Shown here one piece after another: positions 1 through 12,562 of a stretch of DNA of 62,196 nucleotides. This DNA is from Candidatus Levybacteria bacterium RIFCSPLOWO2_12_FULL_39_17 (GTDB lineage Bacteria > Patescibacteriota > Microgenomatia > Levybacterales > GWA1-39-11). The position numbers and the translations under genes were made by a program. Each line of letters begins with the position of its first letter. Position 1 is the first letter of the stretch. The stretch lies in assembly GCA_001782675.1 (NCBI GenBank), contig MFPJ01000035.1, positions 1-62,196 on the forward strand. Reading direction: 5' to 3'. The notes beneath the pieces were generated by a model. That model saw only the letters and a list, made by a program, of their open reading frames with translations. It was not told the origin of the DNA and did not search any database.

Positions 1-655
1 TATCTTTTGAAATCACCATAGCTCTTAAAGTCAGATGACCTCCGAGAGAATGTCCCCACATCCCTATCTTATTAGGGTCAACAATTGACAACTGACTACT
101 GACAACTGACGGATCCTTAAGCTTTTTTATACTTGCAAGGGCGTTTAAAACATCGGAAGTGTAAGCAGGAGAAAAATAACCACCTTCAGGCTTTCCCTCT
201 GAATCACCATGTCCTCGGTAGTCAGGTTTAAAAACAACATAACCATTACTTGCAAACCCATCTACATAATCGGCATACTTTTCAATAGTTTTATATTGTT
301 CGGGAGGAATGTATCCGTGATTAAAAATAATTGCAGGATACCCCTTTCCAGGCTTTGCTTCTTGAGGCACAGTTAAAAGCCCATATATCTTGAGCCCATC
401 CGATTTGTATGACGCAATATATTTTTTGTAATTGCTTGAAAGCCCCAGCTCCTGCTCTATTGTTAAATCACTTCCCGCGTAGGATTTTGCCCGCATCTCG
501 TCAATCATCAGGGGATTTTTTTCTTCTTTTTCAGGGATTATGGCTTCCCCCAATTTCTTAAGATTCGTATTTTTACTTATATTATTTAAGGCTATGAAGG
601 TGAAGATTGAGATAAAAGCAATAAAAATTAGAATAATGAATATCCGGTGTTTCAT
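1..655 (-). CDS. alpha/beta hydrolase (S9 peptidase / dienelactone-hydrolase-like), C-terminus cut by window edge
   Basis: Not in the ORF track because it runs off the window. My own minus-strand translation from the ATG at 653-655 gives MKHRIFIILIFIAFISIF (signal/TM), then NHGYIPPEQY, then DPNKIGMWGHSLGGHLTLRAMVISKD. GHSLGG is a G-x-S-x-G nucleophile elbow. Confidence 0.75.
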   Translation of the reverse strand, partial: MKHRIFIILIFIAFISIFTFIALNNISKNTNLKKLGEAIIPEKEEKNPLMIDEMRAKSYAGSDLTIEQELGLSSNYKKYIASYKSDGLKIYGLLTVPQEAKPGKGYPAIIFNHGYIPPEQYKTIEKYADYVDGFASNGYVVFKPDYRGHGDSEGKPEGGYFSPAYTSDVLNALASIKKLKDPSVVSSQLSIVDPNKIGMWGHSLGGHLTLRAMVISKD

Positions 656-710
656 GAGAGACTTCTAATTTTACATTTTTGAAAAAATCAGTCAAGCAAA
701 GGCACGCGGA

Positions 711-902
711 TTATTGTGCCTCTTGAAGTGTTTGATAATTGCCTGCCTCAATTTGTCTTGAGAACTTGGCGTTAATTGCCTGCAGTGTCATAATATAGGC
801 AACTAGTGCGACAATTGCCATTATCGCGATGAAAAGCCATAGATTTTTGCTATGGGCAAGAGATCTGACTCTTCTTTTGTTTGTTTTTCTTCTGACGGGC
901 AT
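711..902 (-). CDS. small membrane protein, hypothetical
   Basis: 63-aa ORF with a basic N-terminus and one hydrophobic helix (LWLFIAIMAIVALVAYIMTL). Confidence 0.35.
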   Translation of the reverse strand: MPVRRKTNKRRVRSLAHSKNLWLFIAIMAIVALVAYIMTLQAINAKFSRQIEAGNYQTLQEAQ

Positions 903-987
903 GTTCTTATATAAAATTTACTACTGATTATTTATTATTTTAGAACTTTAATTTACAATTAAATTGTTTCAGAAAGCGTTTTATTTG

Positions 988-1254
988 TCAAGAGATTCCC
1001 GGGTTTTCAATTTGTCTTGCTTTTTTGCGGCGTCTCTCCCAAACTGTTGGGTCTGTTACACATTCCACACATGTTCTCTGGTCAAATTCGCGTCCACGCA
1101 AAGGGTTGATGGAACAAGATTGGGGACGGCCACCTACACCTTCAAGCGCACAAGCTTGATCTTTTTCCGGATCTACCACAATCTCAATTAGTGGTTTGGG
1201 GGTTGTTCCTAACTGTTGCGGTGCATTTCTTCCTGATTCGCGAGGATTTGCCAT
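988..1254 (-). CDS. hypothetical small Cys-containing protein
   Basis: 88-aa ORF, locally higher in GC than its surroundings. Has a CVEC pair plus two more Cys. No family recognised. Confidence 0.3.
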   Translation of the reverse strand: MANPRESGRNAPQQLGTTPKPLIEIVVDPEKDQACALEGVGGRPQSCSINPLRGREFDQRTCVECVTDPTVWERRRKKARQIENPGIS

Positions 1255-1286
1255 GTTATTAAGGGAGAATTTTATAATTATTAGAT

Positions 1287-2120
1287 TTACTTGTCAACCA
1301 TATCTTGGGTTTTTGCTGCTTGAATTAGGTTTTTATATAGGTAAGCAAGGTTGAGGGGGCCTACTCCGCCCGGAGTTGGTGTGTATGCGGCAGCAACCGG
1401 TTCAATCTCGTTTTCATCATAATCCCCTCGGGCTTTTCCTCCTTCAGAATGAATTCCAACACCAATTAAAATTGTTCCTTTTTTGAGTTGATTTGGTTTC
1501 ACAATTTTTCGGCCTACAGTTGAAATTACAACATCGGCATTTTTTAAAATTTCATCACGATTTAGTGTTTTGCTGTCTATAATTTCTGGTTCGACTCCGA
1601 GTTTTTTTAATCCTCTAATAATTGGTTCACCTGCAGTTTCACCTTTCCCGATTACGGCAAAATTCAATTTTTTCCAGCTTTTTTTAATTTTTAATTCTTT
1701 TAAAGATTCGGTAACCAAATGTTTAACCGCAAGCCAAGCGGGTACTTCAAAATCAGAATCGATGCGAAATCCATCTATGTCTTTTTCGGGTGAAATCGAA
1801 TTTACAACTTGCTCTCGATTAAAATTCGAAGGAATCGGTCTTTGGATAATAATGCCATGATAGTTAAAGTCAGAATCTATTTGGCGAACTGTTTGAATAA
1901 GATTCTCATCATTTGCATTTTCCAGATTTATCAAAATAGCTTTTATTCCAAGTTCGCTCGCTACTTTTATTTTTTGCCGAACATAAGTTTCCCAAGAAGC
2001 TTCCGGTCCAAGAGTAATAATGGCAATTTTAGGCACTATTTTCTTCTTAGCAAGTTCTGCGATTTGAGTTTCTAAATCTTCTCGAATCGCTTGCGCAATC
2101 CCCCCCCCATCAATTCTCAT
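1287..2120 (-). CDS. folD: bifunctional methylenetetrahydrofolate dehydrogenase / methenyl-THF cyclohydrolase
   Basis: 277 aa. FolD-like layout: N-terminal substrate domain, VIGKGETAGEPI Rossmann loop, C-terminal TPTPGGVGPLNLAYL motif. Confidence 0.9.
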   Translation of the reverse strand: MRIDGGGIAQAIREDLETQIAELAKKKIVPKIAIITLGPEASWETYVRQKIKVASELGIKAILINLENANDENLIQTVRQIDSDFNYHGIIIQRPIPSNFNREQVVNSISPEKDIDGFRIDSDFEVPAWLAVKHLVTESLKELKIKKSWKKLNFAVIGKGETAGEPIIRGLKKLGVEPEIIDSKTLNRDEILKNADVVISTVGRKIVKPNQLKKGTILIGVGIHSEGGKARGDYDENEIEPVAAAYTPTPGGVGPLNLAYLYKNLIQAAKTQDMVDK

Positions 2121-2173
2121 AGAAATTAATTATATCATTGTTCGAGCTTTCCCCGAGTTGATCTAGTGAAACC

Positions 2174-2220
2174 CAGGTATCAACGGAAAACACCTTCGGG
2201 GTGTTTCTCGATTGCACCCG
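2174..2220 (+). repeat. REP-like double-hairpin repeat, copy 1 (degenerate)
   Basis: Sequence caggtatcaacggaaaacaccttcggggtgtttctcgattgcacccg. Same architecture as the copies at 27082, 32267, 32992 and 41785. Confidence 0.7.
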
Positions 2221-2273
2221 ACGACAATAGAACCGTTTTACCAGTAGCTAGTATCTATTTACTATTTACTGCC

Positions 2274-2966
2274 TTATGGGGAGACCGTGGCAGAAGGGAA
2301 TAATTTATTCCTGATTGCGTAATTTACTTCCCCCGTTTTTGCATCAATCGTTTTCACTACCATTGCTACTTTATTTTCATCATTCAAAGTGCTCCAGAAT
2401 ATATCTGCTGTTTGGTCGATTGTTTCTCCAATAGGGACAGGATAAGGTTTACCTAGAAATGGCGGCAAAGGAGTTTCGGCTCCACTATACGTATGAATAC
2501 AATGTCCTATTCCTGGCGTTCTTTGTAATCGAAAAAAGCGATGAACAGGATTGCCGTCTCTTCCTCTTTGAATTATAGATAACTCATCTAATCCCTGAGT
2601 AAGCAACCCTTTTTTATCCGATGTCAAAAATACCCATGATTCCCCAGAAATCCTAGGAGTAAAATTCGGGTCATCCGGCTCATAAGTTCTTGTAAGTAAA
2701 GCCTGATCGAATCCCTCGAGCGGATTGTCCCTTACAAATTCTGCAATTGTATCTGTTTGATCTCCATTCGAAACAATATGAACGTTATTTTCAACCCTCA
2801 TCGCATTATAGATAATTAAACTGGTATCTCCGGCGTTTGCCTTGTCAAATAGGTTAGTTCGAAGGTTGCTTCCTTCCTGAACCAGAATTCTATTTCTGGA
2901 ATTTGCGCTTCTCCCCATTATCCAATAAACATGGACTATGTCTCCTCCTGCGTTTTCTCCTATCAC
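2274..2966 (-). CDS. purO: archaeal-type IMP cyclohydrolase (PurO family)
   Basis: The stretch VHVYWIMGRSANSRNRILV and overall length resemble PurO. The track start is GTG at 2966, but the frame stays open to 3074 and encodes family-typical LERLRKNPYPGRGIVIG, so the true start probably lies upstream. Confidence 0.7.
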   Translation of the reverse strand: MIGENAGGDIVHVYWIMGRSANSRNRILVQEGSNLRTNLFDKANAGDTSLIIYNAMRVENNVHIVSNGDQTDTIAEFVRDNPLEGFDQALLTRTYEPDDPNFTPRISGESWVFLTSDKKGLLTQGLDELSIIQRGRDGNPVHRFFRLQRTPGIGHCIHTYSGAETPLPPFLGKPYPVPIGETIDQTADIFWSTLNDENKVAMVVKTIDAKTGEVNYAIRNKLFPSATVSP

Positions 2967-3119
2967 AATGCCTCTTCCGGGATACGGATTTTTTCGAAGT
3001 CTTTCGAGGTTACTATAAGCAAGACGCTCTAAGCCAGGCCTATATTTTTCTTCTCCTCCTATAATTATTCCCGCTTATAATATAAGCTTTTTTAAGAAAG
3101 ATCAACAATCAGACGAATA

Positions 3120-5663
3120 CTACGGAGATATTGTGGTGGCGCTGGCGACTTTGTCGGCCTTGTCAGAGAAACGCATTAAGATTACGCCTTGGGCGTTGCG
3201 GGACAATAATGGCGTTGAGGCAAGGGGAATCTTAACAACTTGTCCTTTCAGAGATGTAATTATAACTTCTGTTGCGTCGCTATCCAAAACTCCCGCAGAA
3301 ACAATATCTCCTGTTTTGTTATTTATATTCGCAACGCGTACTCCCTGTCCTCCTCGCCTTTGATTGCGAACTTCTGAAACTCTTGTTCTTTTTCCGAGGC
3401 CGTTTTGAGCAACAATTAAAAGAGTCGCGGTTTTATCTCCACCTGAGACAACATCCATTCCAATCAGCTTATCGTCTCCAATTAATTTTATTCCCCTAAC
3501 CCCCTGGCTGGAGCGCCCAGTTGATCTTACCTGCTCTTCAAGAAAGCTTATAATTTTCCCTTTTTTTGTAATTAAAACAAGGTCATCTTTTCCGCTTGAA
3601 AAATTCACCCACTGGAGGCTGTCTTTCTCTTCAAGTTTTATCGCAATTATTCCCCCCCGTCTGATATTTGTGAATTCCGAGAGTGCTGTTTTTTTCACTA
3701 CTCCTTTTTCCGTTGCCATTACAATATGTTTGAAATCTGCCTTTTTTTTAGAGCTGTAGGTCAAAATTGACTGAATTGTTTCGCCTTGAGTTATATCTAT
3801 AAGGTTTACTATTGCGGTACCTTTTGACACTCGACTTACCTCAGCCATCTCAAACACCCTTGTTTGGTAAACTTTTCCAAGATTTGTGAAAAATAAAATA
3901 AAGTCATGGGTCTCAGCATATAATATCTGATCTATAACATCCTCTTCTTTTGTTGTCATGCCCCGGATTCCCTTACCCCCTCTTGCCTGAGTCTTGAAAG
4001 AAGTCATGCCTTGTCTTTTAATATAACCTGTTTTGGTTATGGTAATCACCGTAGGTTCATTTTGAATAAGATCTTCTTCTGAGAATTCGTCTACCTTTGA
4101 TTTATAAACTCTTGTCCTTCTTGAATCCTCATATTTTTCCTTGATTTTTTTGAGCTCACCGGAAACCACGTCAAGCATTTTTTTGGGATCGGCAAGCAGG
4201 CTTACCAGATAATCAATTGTTTCCTTTACCATGTTCCATTCATCCTGAATTTTTTCGCGTTCAAGAGCGGCCAAACGGCGCAATTGCATATCAAGGATTG
4301 CCGTTGCTTGAATTTCTGAAAGCTTGAATCTCTTCATAAGATTAACTTTTGCTACATCAGCGCTTTCCGACTTTTTAATTGTTTCAATAACAGCATCGAT
4401 ATTATTAACCGCGATTAATAGGCCGTCTAAAATGTGAAGCCTTGTCTTTGCCTGTCTTAATTCAAATTCCGAGCGTCTTGTTACAACCCTAAACCTGTGG
4501 TTTATATACTCGTCAATTAAAACCTTAAGATTAAGGGTGCGCGGAATTCCGTCTACCAAAGCAACTATATTTGCCGGAAAAGTTGTCTGCAGGGCGGTTA
4601 ATTTAAAAAGGTTATTTAAAACTTTTCTTGGAGAAGAATCCCTTTTAAGTTCTACTACTACTCTTATTCCGTGTCTGTCCGATTCGTCCCTAAGGTCGGT
4701 TATTCCATCAAGTTTTTTCTCTTTTGCAAGCTCTGCAATTTTTGCAACTAAAGAAGCTTTATTGACTTGATAAGGTATCTCTCGAATTATTATTGCATTT
4801 TTTCCCTGCCCTATATCTTCAATCTCGGCAATTCCCCGGATCAAAATTCTTCCCCGCCCCATGCGATAGACATTTTTAATTTCCTCAATGTCATATATCG
4901 CCCCGCCTGTGGGGAAATCAGGACCCTTAATATGCTCAAGTAATTCATCAACAGTTACTTCCGATGAGAGTACAAAGGCCGGTTTTAGGGAATTCATTTC
5001 TTCATCAGTCAGCTCCTGCCCGTCTTTTCTTTCTTTCGCGTTTTCATTTTTGGAGTATGTTATCTTATCAATCGTGAGGGTGACAGCGTCAATTACTTCA
5101 CCTAAATTATGCGGAGGAATTTTTGTTGCCATACCCACAGCAATTCCCTCAGATCCCATTAGAAGCAGATTCGGAAGTTTGGAGGGCAAATAAACAGGCT
5201 CCTTAAGCGTTCCGTCAAAGTTTGGGGTTAATTCAACAGTCCCCTTATCAATATCAAAAAGCATTTCCATGGCAATTTGAGTCAATTTTGCTTCCGTATA
5301 CCTCATTGCTGCCGCAGAATCGCCATCCATGGAGCCGAAATTACCCTGCCCGTCAATTAAAGGATATCTCATGGAGAAGTCCTGGGCGAGACGCACAAGC
5401 GCGTCATAAATTGCCATGTCTCCATGGGGGTGGTATTTACCCATGGTCTCCCCAACAATTTTGGCGCTTTTTGCGTACTTAGCTGTTGGGTAAAGGCCCA
5501 TCTCGTACATTGCAAAAAGGATTCGTCTATGAACGGGTTTGAGGCCGTCTTTAACATCAGGCAAAGCACGCGCCACAATAACAGACATAGCGTAATCAAG
5601 ATACGCTTTTTTTGCCTCATCTGTTATATCTACATGTTCGAGTCTACCTATCTGGTTGTCCAT
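3120..5663 (-). CDS. gyrA: DNA gyrase subunit A
   Basis: 847 aa. Contains [28 protein letters not shown], the catalytic-Tyr region AAMRYTE, and C-terminal beta-pinwheel repeats. Confidence 0.97.
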   Translation of the reverse strand: MDNQIGRLEHVDITDEAKKAYLDYAMSVIVARALPDVKDGLKPVHRRILFAMYEMGLYPTAKYAKSAKIVGETMGKYHPHGDMAIYDALVRLAQDFSMRYPLIDGQGNFGSMDGDSAAAMRYTEAKLTQIAMEMLFDIDKGTVELTPNFDGTLKEPVYLPSKLPNLLLMGSEGIAVGMATKIPPHNLGEVIDAVTLTIDKITYSKNENAKERKDGQELTDEEMNSLKPAFVLSSEVTVDELLEHIKGPDFPTGGAIYDIEEIKNVYRMGRGRILIRGIAEIEDIGQGKNAIIIREIPYQVNKASLVAKIAELAKEKKLDGITDLRDESDRHGIRVVVELKRDSSPRKVLNNLFKLTALQTTFPANIVALVDGIPRTLNLKVLIDEYINHRFRVVTRRSEFELRQAKTRLHILDGLLIAVNNIDAVIETIKKSESADVAKVNLMKRFKLSEIQATAILDMQLRRLAALEREKIQDEWNMVKETIDYLVSLLADPKKMLDVVSGELKKIKEKYEDSRRTRVYKSKVDEFSEEDLIQNEPTVITITKTGYIKRQGMTSFKTQARGGKGIRGMTTKEEDVIDQILYAETHDFILFFTNLGKVYQTRVFEMAEVSRVSKGTAIVNLIDITQGETIQSILTYSSKKKADFKHIVMATEKGVVKKTALSEFTNIRRGGIIAIKLEEKDSLQWVNFSSGKDDLVLITKKGKIISFLEEQVRSTGRSSQGVRGIKLIGDDKLIGMDVVSGGDKTATLLIVAQNGLGKRTRVSEVRNQRRGGQGVRVANINNKTGDIVSAGVLDSDATEVIITSLKGQVVKIPLASTPLLSRNAQGVILMRFSDKADKVASATTISP

Positions 5664-5736
5664 AAATTCACTATTTGACTAAATCTATTCTTGGGGAATT
5701 AACATGCATACAGAACTTATTAAGTTTTTTTCTATT

Positions 5737-7776
5737 CTACACTAAAAAGGACGCAATCAAAAGTGCTACAATGTTTGTTACTTTTATCATTGGATTAATA
5801 GCAGGACCTGCGGTGTCTTTGTAAGGATCCCCAACTGTATCACCGGTGACCGCTGCTTGGTGCGCAAAGCTTCCTTTTCCTCCAAGATTCCCCTCTTCTA
5901 TATACTTTTTCGTATTATCCCAAGAAGCCCCCCCTGTTGTCATAGAGATTGCGACAAACATACCCGTGATTATGCTTCCAACGAGCATTCCGCCAAGGGC
6001 TTGGGGTCCCAAGAGAAACCCGACTACAACCGGTGCCGCAACAGGGATGAGCGTTGGCAAAATCATTTGGCGGATTGCTGCTGCCGTTACAATATCAACT
6101 GCCCGTCCGTACTCAGGCTTGGCAGTTCCTTCCATTATGCCTTTTATTTCCTTAAATTGGCGTCTTACCTCCTTAACAACTGATACGGCCGTTTTCCCCA
6201 CAGCTTCCATGGCAAGAGCCCCGAAAAGATAAGGCAGTGCTCCGCCCACAAAGAGTCCGATCAGAATGTTTGGGTCTGATAAAGAAAATGTGAATTGACC
6301 ACCGCGCGCCTTTGAGAGCTCCTGAGTATAACTTGCAAAAAGAACCAAAGCAGCAAGACCGGCACTGGCGATAGCATAACCTTTTGTCACAGCCTTTGTA
6401 GTATTCCCAACTGCATCCAGGGAGTCGGTGATATTTCTAACTTTGGCGGGCATGTTTGTCATCTCAGCTATGCCTCCTGCATTGTCAGTAATTGGTCCAA
6501 AAGCATCAATCGCAACTATAATGCCTGTCAATGACAACATACTCATCGCAGCAACAGCCACCCCGTAGAGGCCCGCAAAATTATAAGCGAAAAAAATTGC
6601 AGCCGAAATAAGTATTATTGGCGCGAATGTTGACTTCATAGAAATCGCGAGTCCTGCGATTACATTTGTACCGTGACCCGTTGTTGAGGCATTTGCGATT
6701 GTTTTGACAGGGCTATAATTTTTGGAAGTGAAATATTCAGTTATTACAACCATACCCATAGTTACGACTATCCCAATGACGCAGCTATAGAAAATATTAA
6801 GTTGAGGGATATTCATAAGACCGTTTGGGAACAAAGCCTGCGTTGTGAAGTAAAACCCGATAAGCGCAAGAAGTGCTGTGACAGCCAATCCTTGATAAAG
6901 CGCGGCCATAATTTGTGTTCCCCGTATCCTTACAACGCTTACTCCTATAATGCTTGCGACAATCGCTACTGCTCCCAAAAGCAAAGGATATAAAAGCACC
7001 TGATTAATACTCGGGAATGTCAAATTTCCTAAAATCATAGCCGCAACAGCCGTTATCGCATAGGTTTCAAAAAGATCCGCTGCCATTCCTGCATCATCCC
7101 CAACGTTGTCCCCAACTAAATCCGCAATTACTCCAGGGTTTCGGGGGTCATCCTCTGGAATTCCCTTCTCAATCTTGCCTACCATATCTGTTCCTACGTC
7201 CGCGCCTTTTGTGTAGATTCCCCCACCTAAACGAGCAAACACAGAAATAAGCGAACTGCCAAAGCCAAGAGCAATTAAAGACCTTAAACTTTGTTCAAGC
7301 GGAAGACCTGTGCTTGATAAATAGTAAAAGAAGCCGCTGACAGAAAGTAGCGCGAGTCCCGCAACCATAAGACCTGTTACTGCCCCGCCTTTAAATGCGA
7401 TGCCAAATGCGGTAGATAGTCCGTGTCTTGCCGCCTGAGCGGTTCTAATGTTGCTTCGGATGGCCACATTCATACCAATAATTCCAGCCAGAGCCGAAAA
7501 TACTGCCCCTATTGCAAAGCCTGCGGCTGTATAAATATTAAAAACGTAAAATAAAATGGCGAAAATCAGAAGACCAATACCCGCTACTACCGTATATTGC
7601 CTTTTCAAATACGCTACGGCGCCTTCAGCGATCGCATCAGCTATTTCATTCATCTTTTCATCGCCGCGAGGGCTTTTGAAAACCTGAAAAGTTAGGAACA
7701 CCCCGTATAAAATTGAGGCGACTCCGGAAGCTATTGCCACTAAAAAAGAGTTTTCTAAAAGAAACGATAAATTCAT
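5737..7776 (-). CDS. hppA: membrane-bound H+/Na+-translocating pyrophosphatase
   Basis: 679-aa polytopic protein with [18 protein letters not shown] and [18 protein letters not shown] motifs. Confidence 0.95.
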   Translation of the reverse strand: MNLSFLLENSFLVAIASGVASILYGVFLTFQVFKSPRGDEKMNEIADAIAEGAVAYLKRQYTVVAGIGLLIFAILFYVFNIYTAAGFAIGAVFSALAGIIGMNVAIRSNIRTAQAARHGLSTAFGIAFKGGAVTGLMVAGLALLSVSGFFYYLSSTGLPLEQSLRSLIALGFGSSLISVFARLGGGIYTKGADVGTDMVGKIEKGIPEDDPRNPGVIADLVGDNVGDDAGMAADLFETYAITAVAAMILGNLTFPSINQVLLYPLLLGAVAIVASIIGVSVVRIRGTQIMAALYQGLAVTALLALIGFYFTTQALFPNGLMNIPQLNIFYSCVIGIVVTMGMVVITEYFTSKNYSPVKTIANASTTGHGTNVIAGLAISMKSTFAPIILISAAIFFAYNFAGLYGVAVAAMSMLSLTGIIVAIDAFGPITDNAGGIAEMTNMPAKVRNITDSLDAVGNTTKAVTKGYAIASAGLAALVLFASYTQELSKARGGQFTFSLSDPNILIGLFVGGALPYLFGALAMEAVGKTAVSVVKEVRRQFKEIKGIMEGTAKPEYGRAVDIVTAAAIRQMILPTLIPVAAPVVVGFLLGPQALGGMLVGSIITGMFVAISMTTGGASWDNTKKYIEEGNLGGKGSFAHQAAVTGDTVGDPYKDTAGPAINPMIKVTNIVALLIASFLV

Positions 7777-8056
7777 CTAAGCTTATTATACAGGAAAAAG
7801 GAGCAATTTCCAACACAAAAATTGAGGAATTCCAACAAAATATTTGCGATCCAAAAACAAAATCCCACCCGGGAGATGGATACCTATCATAAGATAAATT
7901 TCCCCCCTTAAAATCAGTATCCAGTATTCTAAATATCCAGATTAGCCATGTTTGCCCGCCTAATCTTACCTCTCGCCTTCAAGTACTATTCCCGCCAGAG
8001 GCGGGCAGGCGAACACGGCGCAAGGAGCGATTTATGGCGGACTCCGCTCGTTTTTA

Positions 8057-10024
<1,968 letters not shown>

Positions 10025-10057
10025 TTAGCAGAAAAAGACAATCGAATTCAACACCTA

Positions 10058-10155
10058 GAAGTGTGAAATGTGAAGTTAGAAGCTGGATTTATAAGGTGGG
10101 AAGTGTGATAATCCCACATCACACTTCATTGTCAAGCTTCACACTTCCAACTTCT
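10058..10155. repeat. compound inverted repeat built from GAAGTGT-type heptamers
   Basis: Direct heptamers gaagtgt/gaaatgt/gaagtta/gaagctg at 10058-10085. Perfect 10-bp hairpin gaagtgtgat(aatcccac)atcacacttc at 10100-10127. Complementary cacttc-type units at 10139-10155. Confidence 0.6.
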
Positions 10156-10163
10156 CATCTCTA

Positions 10164-11363
10164 TTATTGTATTTGTGATATAAGACTATAAATCGGAGTG
10201 ATAACGGACAAAATAAGGAAAGCAACAGACACACCCAGGACAATTATCAAAATCGGCTCAATGGCCGTAGTCAAAGTACTCACCTTAACATCCAAATCCC
10301 TTTCAAAATATTCCGAAATTTTAAGCAAACTTTCATCTATTCTACCGGTTGACTCTCCGACTCGAACCATTTGAACCAACATCGGAGGAAACATTTTTGC
10401 ATGCGCAAGGGCGTCTGAGAGTGAAACACCCTTTTCCACCAGGGAGCTTGTTGACACAATGGATTTTTTATACCAATAATTATTTGCAACATTTGAAGTT
10501 ATATTAAGACTCTCTATAATGGAGGCTCCCGAATTAATAAGAAGAGATAGAGTTCTTGTTATTTCATCCAATATGGATAAATTGATTATGCTTCCCAAGA
10601 CAGGAAGATTCAGCTTCATTTTGTCCAGAGCACGAATACCGGGATCTGTTTTTTTGAACCGGTTAAATCCTATAAAAGAAAAAATTAACAAAACTAATGC
10701 TGCCGGCCAAAATGTAGTAAATAATTTCGATATTCCAAGTACGATTTTAGTGCTGCCCGGCAGCTCAAGGTTTAAATTTTCATATAAACTTCCAAGCTGG
10801 GGAATAACAAAAATGTTCATAACCGCAATAACAATAACAACGCCGGAAATTACAATTGCCGGATAAAACATTGCGCCTTTTACTCTTTTTCTTAAGTCCT
10901 CCGATTTCTCCATGTTATCGGCGAGACGGACCAGGACCTTGTCAAGAAGTCCTCCTTTCTCAGCAGCTCTGATTAATGCTATGTAAACATCGGAAAAAAC
11001 ATCCTTATGTTGGCCCAATGTATCCGAGAGAGAGGTTCCTTCGGAAATCTGAGCAATAAGATCATTTACCAATACCTGCATGCTCGGTTTGTTTCTCTGT
11101 TGTTTTAGTATGTTCAGGGATTCAATCAGGGTTAATCCGGTTAGTATCATTGAGGAGAGCTGCCGTGTAAAAAGGACAATATCCGAGTTGTTTACTCGAC
11201 CAAATTGAAGGAAAGTAGTAGCTCTTCTTTCGACCTTTCTAATAGAAAGAGGGGTAATATTGCCGGAGCGCAAAAACTCAACAACCTCCTTTTCATTATT
11301 TGCTTCAAGTCTGCCCTTTTGCTTAAGCGAATCCTTGTCAATTCCCGTATAAATAAATTCCAT
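10164..11363 (-). CDS. pilC: type IV pilus platform protein (GspF/PilC family)
   Basis: 399 aa with two GspF-type repeats and three TM segments. Adjacent to the pilT and pilB ATPases. Confidence 0.9.
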   Translation of the reverse strand: MEFIYTGIDKDSLKQKGRLEANNEKEVVEFLRSGNITPLSIRKVERRATTFLQFGRVNNSDIVLFTRQLSSMILTGLTLIESLNILKQQRNKPSMQVLVNDLIAQISEGTSLSDTLGQHKDVFSDVYIALIRAAEKGGLLDKVLVRLADNMEKSEDLRKRVKGAMFYPAIVISGVVIVIAVMNIFVIPQLGSLYENLNLELPGSTKIVLGISKLFTTFWPAALVLLIFSFIGFNRFKKTDPGIRALDKMKLNLPVLGSIINLSILDEITRTLSLLINSGASIIESLNITSNVANNYWYKKSIVSTSSLVEKGVSLSDALAHAKMFPPMLVQMVRVGESTGRIDESLLKISEYFERDLDVKVSTLTTAIEPILIIVLGVSVAFLILSVITPIYSLISQIQ

Positions 11364-11370
11364 AAAAATA

Positions 11371-11400
11371 TTTATTATTTATTACTTATTATTTATTATT
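11371..11400. repeat. TTTATTA heptamer array (pilT-pilC spacer)
   Basis: Units tttatta tttatta cttatta tttatta. Nearly identical to the array at 12479-12510. Confidence 0.7.
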
Positions 11401-11403
11401 TCC

Positions 11404-12471
11404 CTACACAATCAGCTGATTGAACGCTTCCTGTCTTAATACATAACTTCTTGCAGTTTCAAGGGTAATTAGTCCTTGCTTGACAAGCGCGGCAAGAGAA
11501 GCCTCAAGGGAAATCATTCCAATATCCTGCGAGGTTTCAATTGTTGAGTCAATTAGATGGGTTTTACCTTCCCTTACATTGGACTTAATTGCATTGTTTG
11601 CGATCATTACTTCGCTGGCAACAATTCTGCCTCCGTCAATTTTAGGAATCAGTCTTTGGGAGATTATTCCCTGAAGAGATCCCGCGAGCTGTGCTTTTAT
11701 TTGATTCTGTTGCTTTTCCGGAAAAGAATCAATAATTCTGTCTATCGTTTGCGAAGCGGAATTCGTATGCAATGTGGAGAAAACCAGATGACCGGTTTCT
11801 GCCATGGTGATTGCCGAGGCAATGCTCTCGGGATCACGCATCTCACCAATTAAAACCACATCCGGATCTTCTCTTAAAGCGCTGCGTAAGGATTCCGCCC
11901 ACGAGAGGCTATCTATCCCTATTTCTCTCTGAGAGATAATGCCTTTTCCTTTCGGGTACACATATTCTATAGGATCCTCTATTGTAATAATATTTGCTGC
12001 CTGGTTCATATTGATCTCATTAACAATTGATGCTAAAGTTGTTGATTTTCCATGACCCGTTGGACCCGTGACGAGCACAAACCCTTGTTTGATTTTTGCA
12101 AAATTATGAGCAATCGGCGGAAGCCTCAGCTCTTCAATGGTTTTGACTTTCGGTGGAAGAAGTCTGAATGCGGCAGCTACTGTATTTCTTTGAAAATACA
12201 AATTAATTCTGAATCTTCCCTTCTCCCCGTAATCTCCTCCGCCATAACCGTAAGAGAAATCAAGACTCCTATTTGTTAAAAATAACTCTTTTTGCTCAGG
12301 GGTAAGAATTGAAAAAACAAGATTTTGAATTTCTTCATTGCTTAGGGGAGGATAGGCAGAGAGCGGGATTAATCGCCCGTCTACACGGATATTCGGAGCA
12401 ATGCCTGCAATCAAATGAAGATCCGAGGCATTAGTTGTTACGGTTTTTTCAAGTAATTCTGCTAAAATCAT
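11404..12471 (-). CDS. pilT: twitching-motility retraction ATPase
   Basis: 355 aa. Walker A GPTGHGKST, plus IITIEDPIEY and VLIGEMRD motifs typical of PilT. Confidence 0.9.
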   Translation of the reverse strand: MILAELLEKTVTTNASDLHLIAGIAPNIRVDGRLIPLSAYPPLSNEEIQNLVFSILTPEQKELFLTNRSLDFSYGYGGGDYGEKGRFRINLYFQRNTVAAAFRLLPPKVKTIEELRLPPIAHNFAKIKQGFVLVTGPTGHGKSTTLASIVNEINMNQAANIITIEDPIEYVYPKGKGIISQREIGIDSLSWAESLRSALREDPDVVLIGEMRDPESIASAITMAETGHLVFSTLHTNSASQTIDRIIDSFPEKQQNQIKAQLAGSLQGIISQRLIPKIDGGRIVASEVMIANNAIKSNVREGKTHLIDSTIETSQDIGMISLEASLAALVKQGLITLETARSYVLRQEAFNQLIV

Positions 12472-12478
12472 AAAAATA

Positions 12479-12510
12479 TTTATTATTTATTACTTATTGT
12501 TTATTATTTT
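12479..12510. repeat. TTTATTA heptamer array (pilB-pilT spacer)
   Basis: Units tttatta tttatta cttattg tttatta. Duplicate of the spacer at 11361-11403 with one mismatch. Confidence 0.7.
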
Positions 12511-12562
12511 TAGTTTCGAATCTTTAAAATAATCTATAATATACAATCTATAATCAATAACT

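Noticed and set aside
7985-8045. Fluoride (crcB-type) riboswitch upstream of the pyrophosphatase gene
   Set aside because: CCGCCAUAAAUCGC resembles the CGCCAUAAACGC core of the riboswitch. However, the P1 loop is only 3 nt, and the pseudoknot partner and the downstream conserved UAAUGA-type segment are missing. I kept it only as an unclassified structured region.
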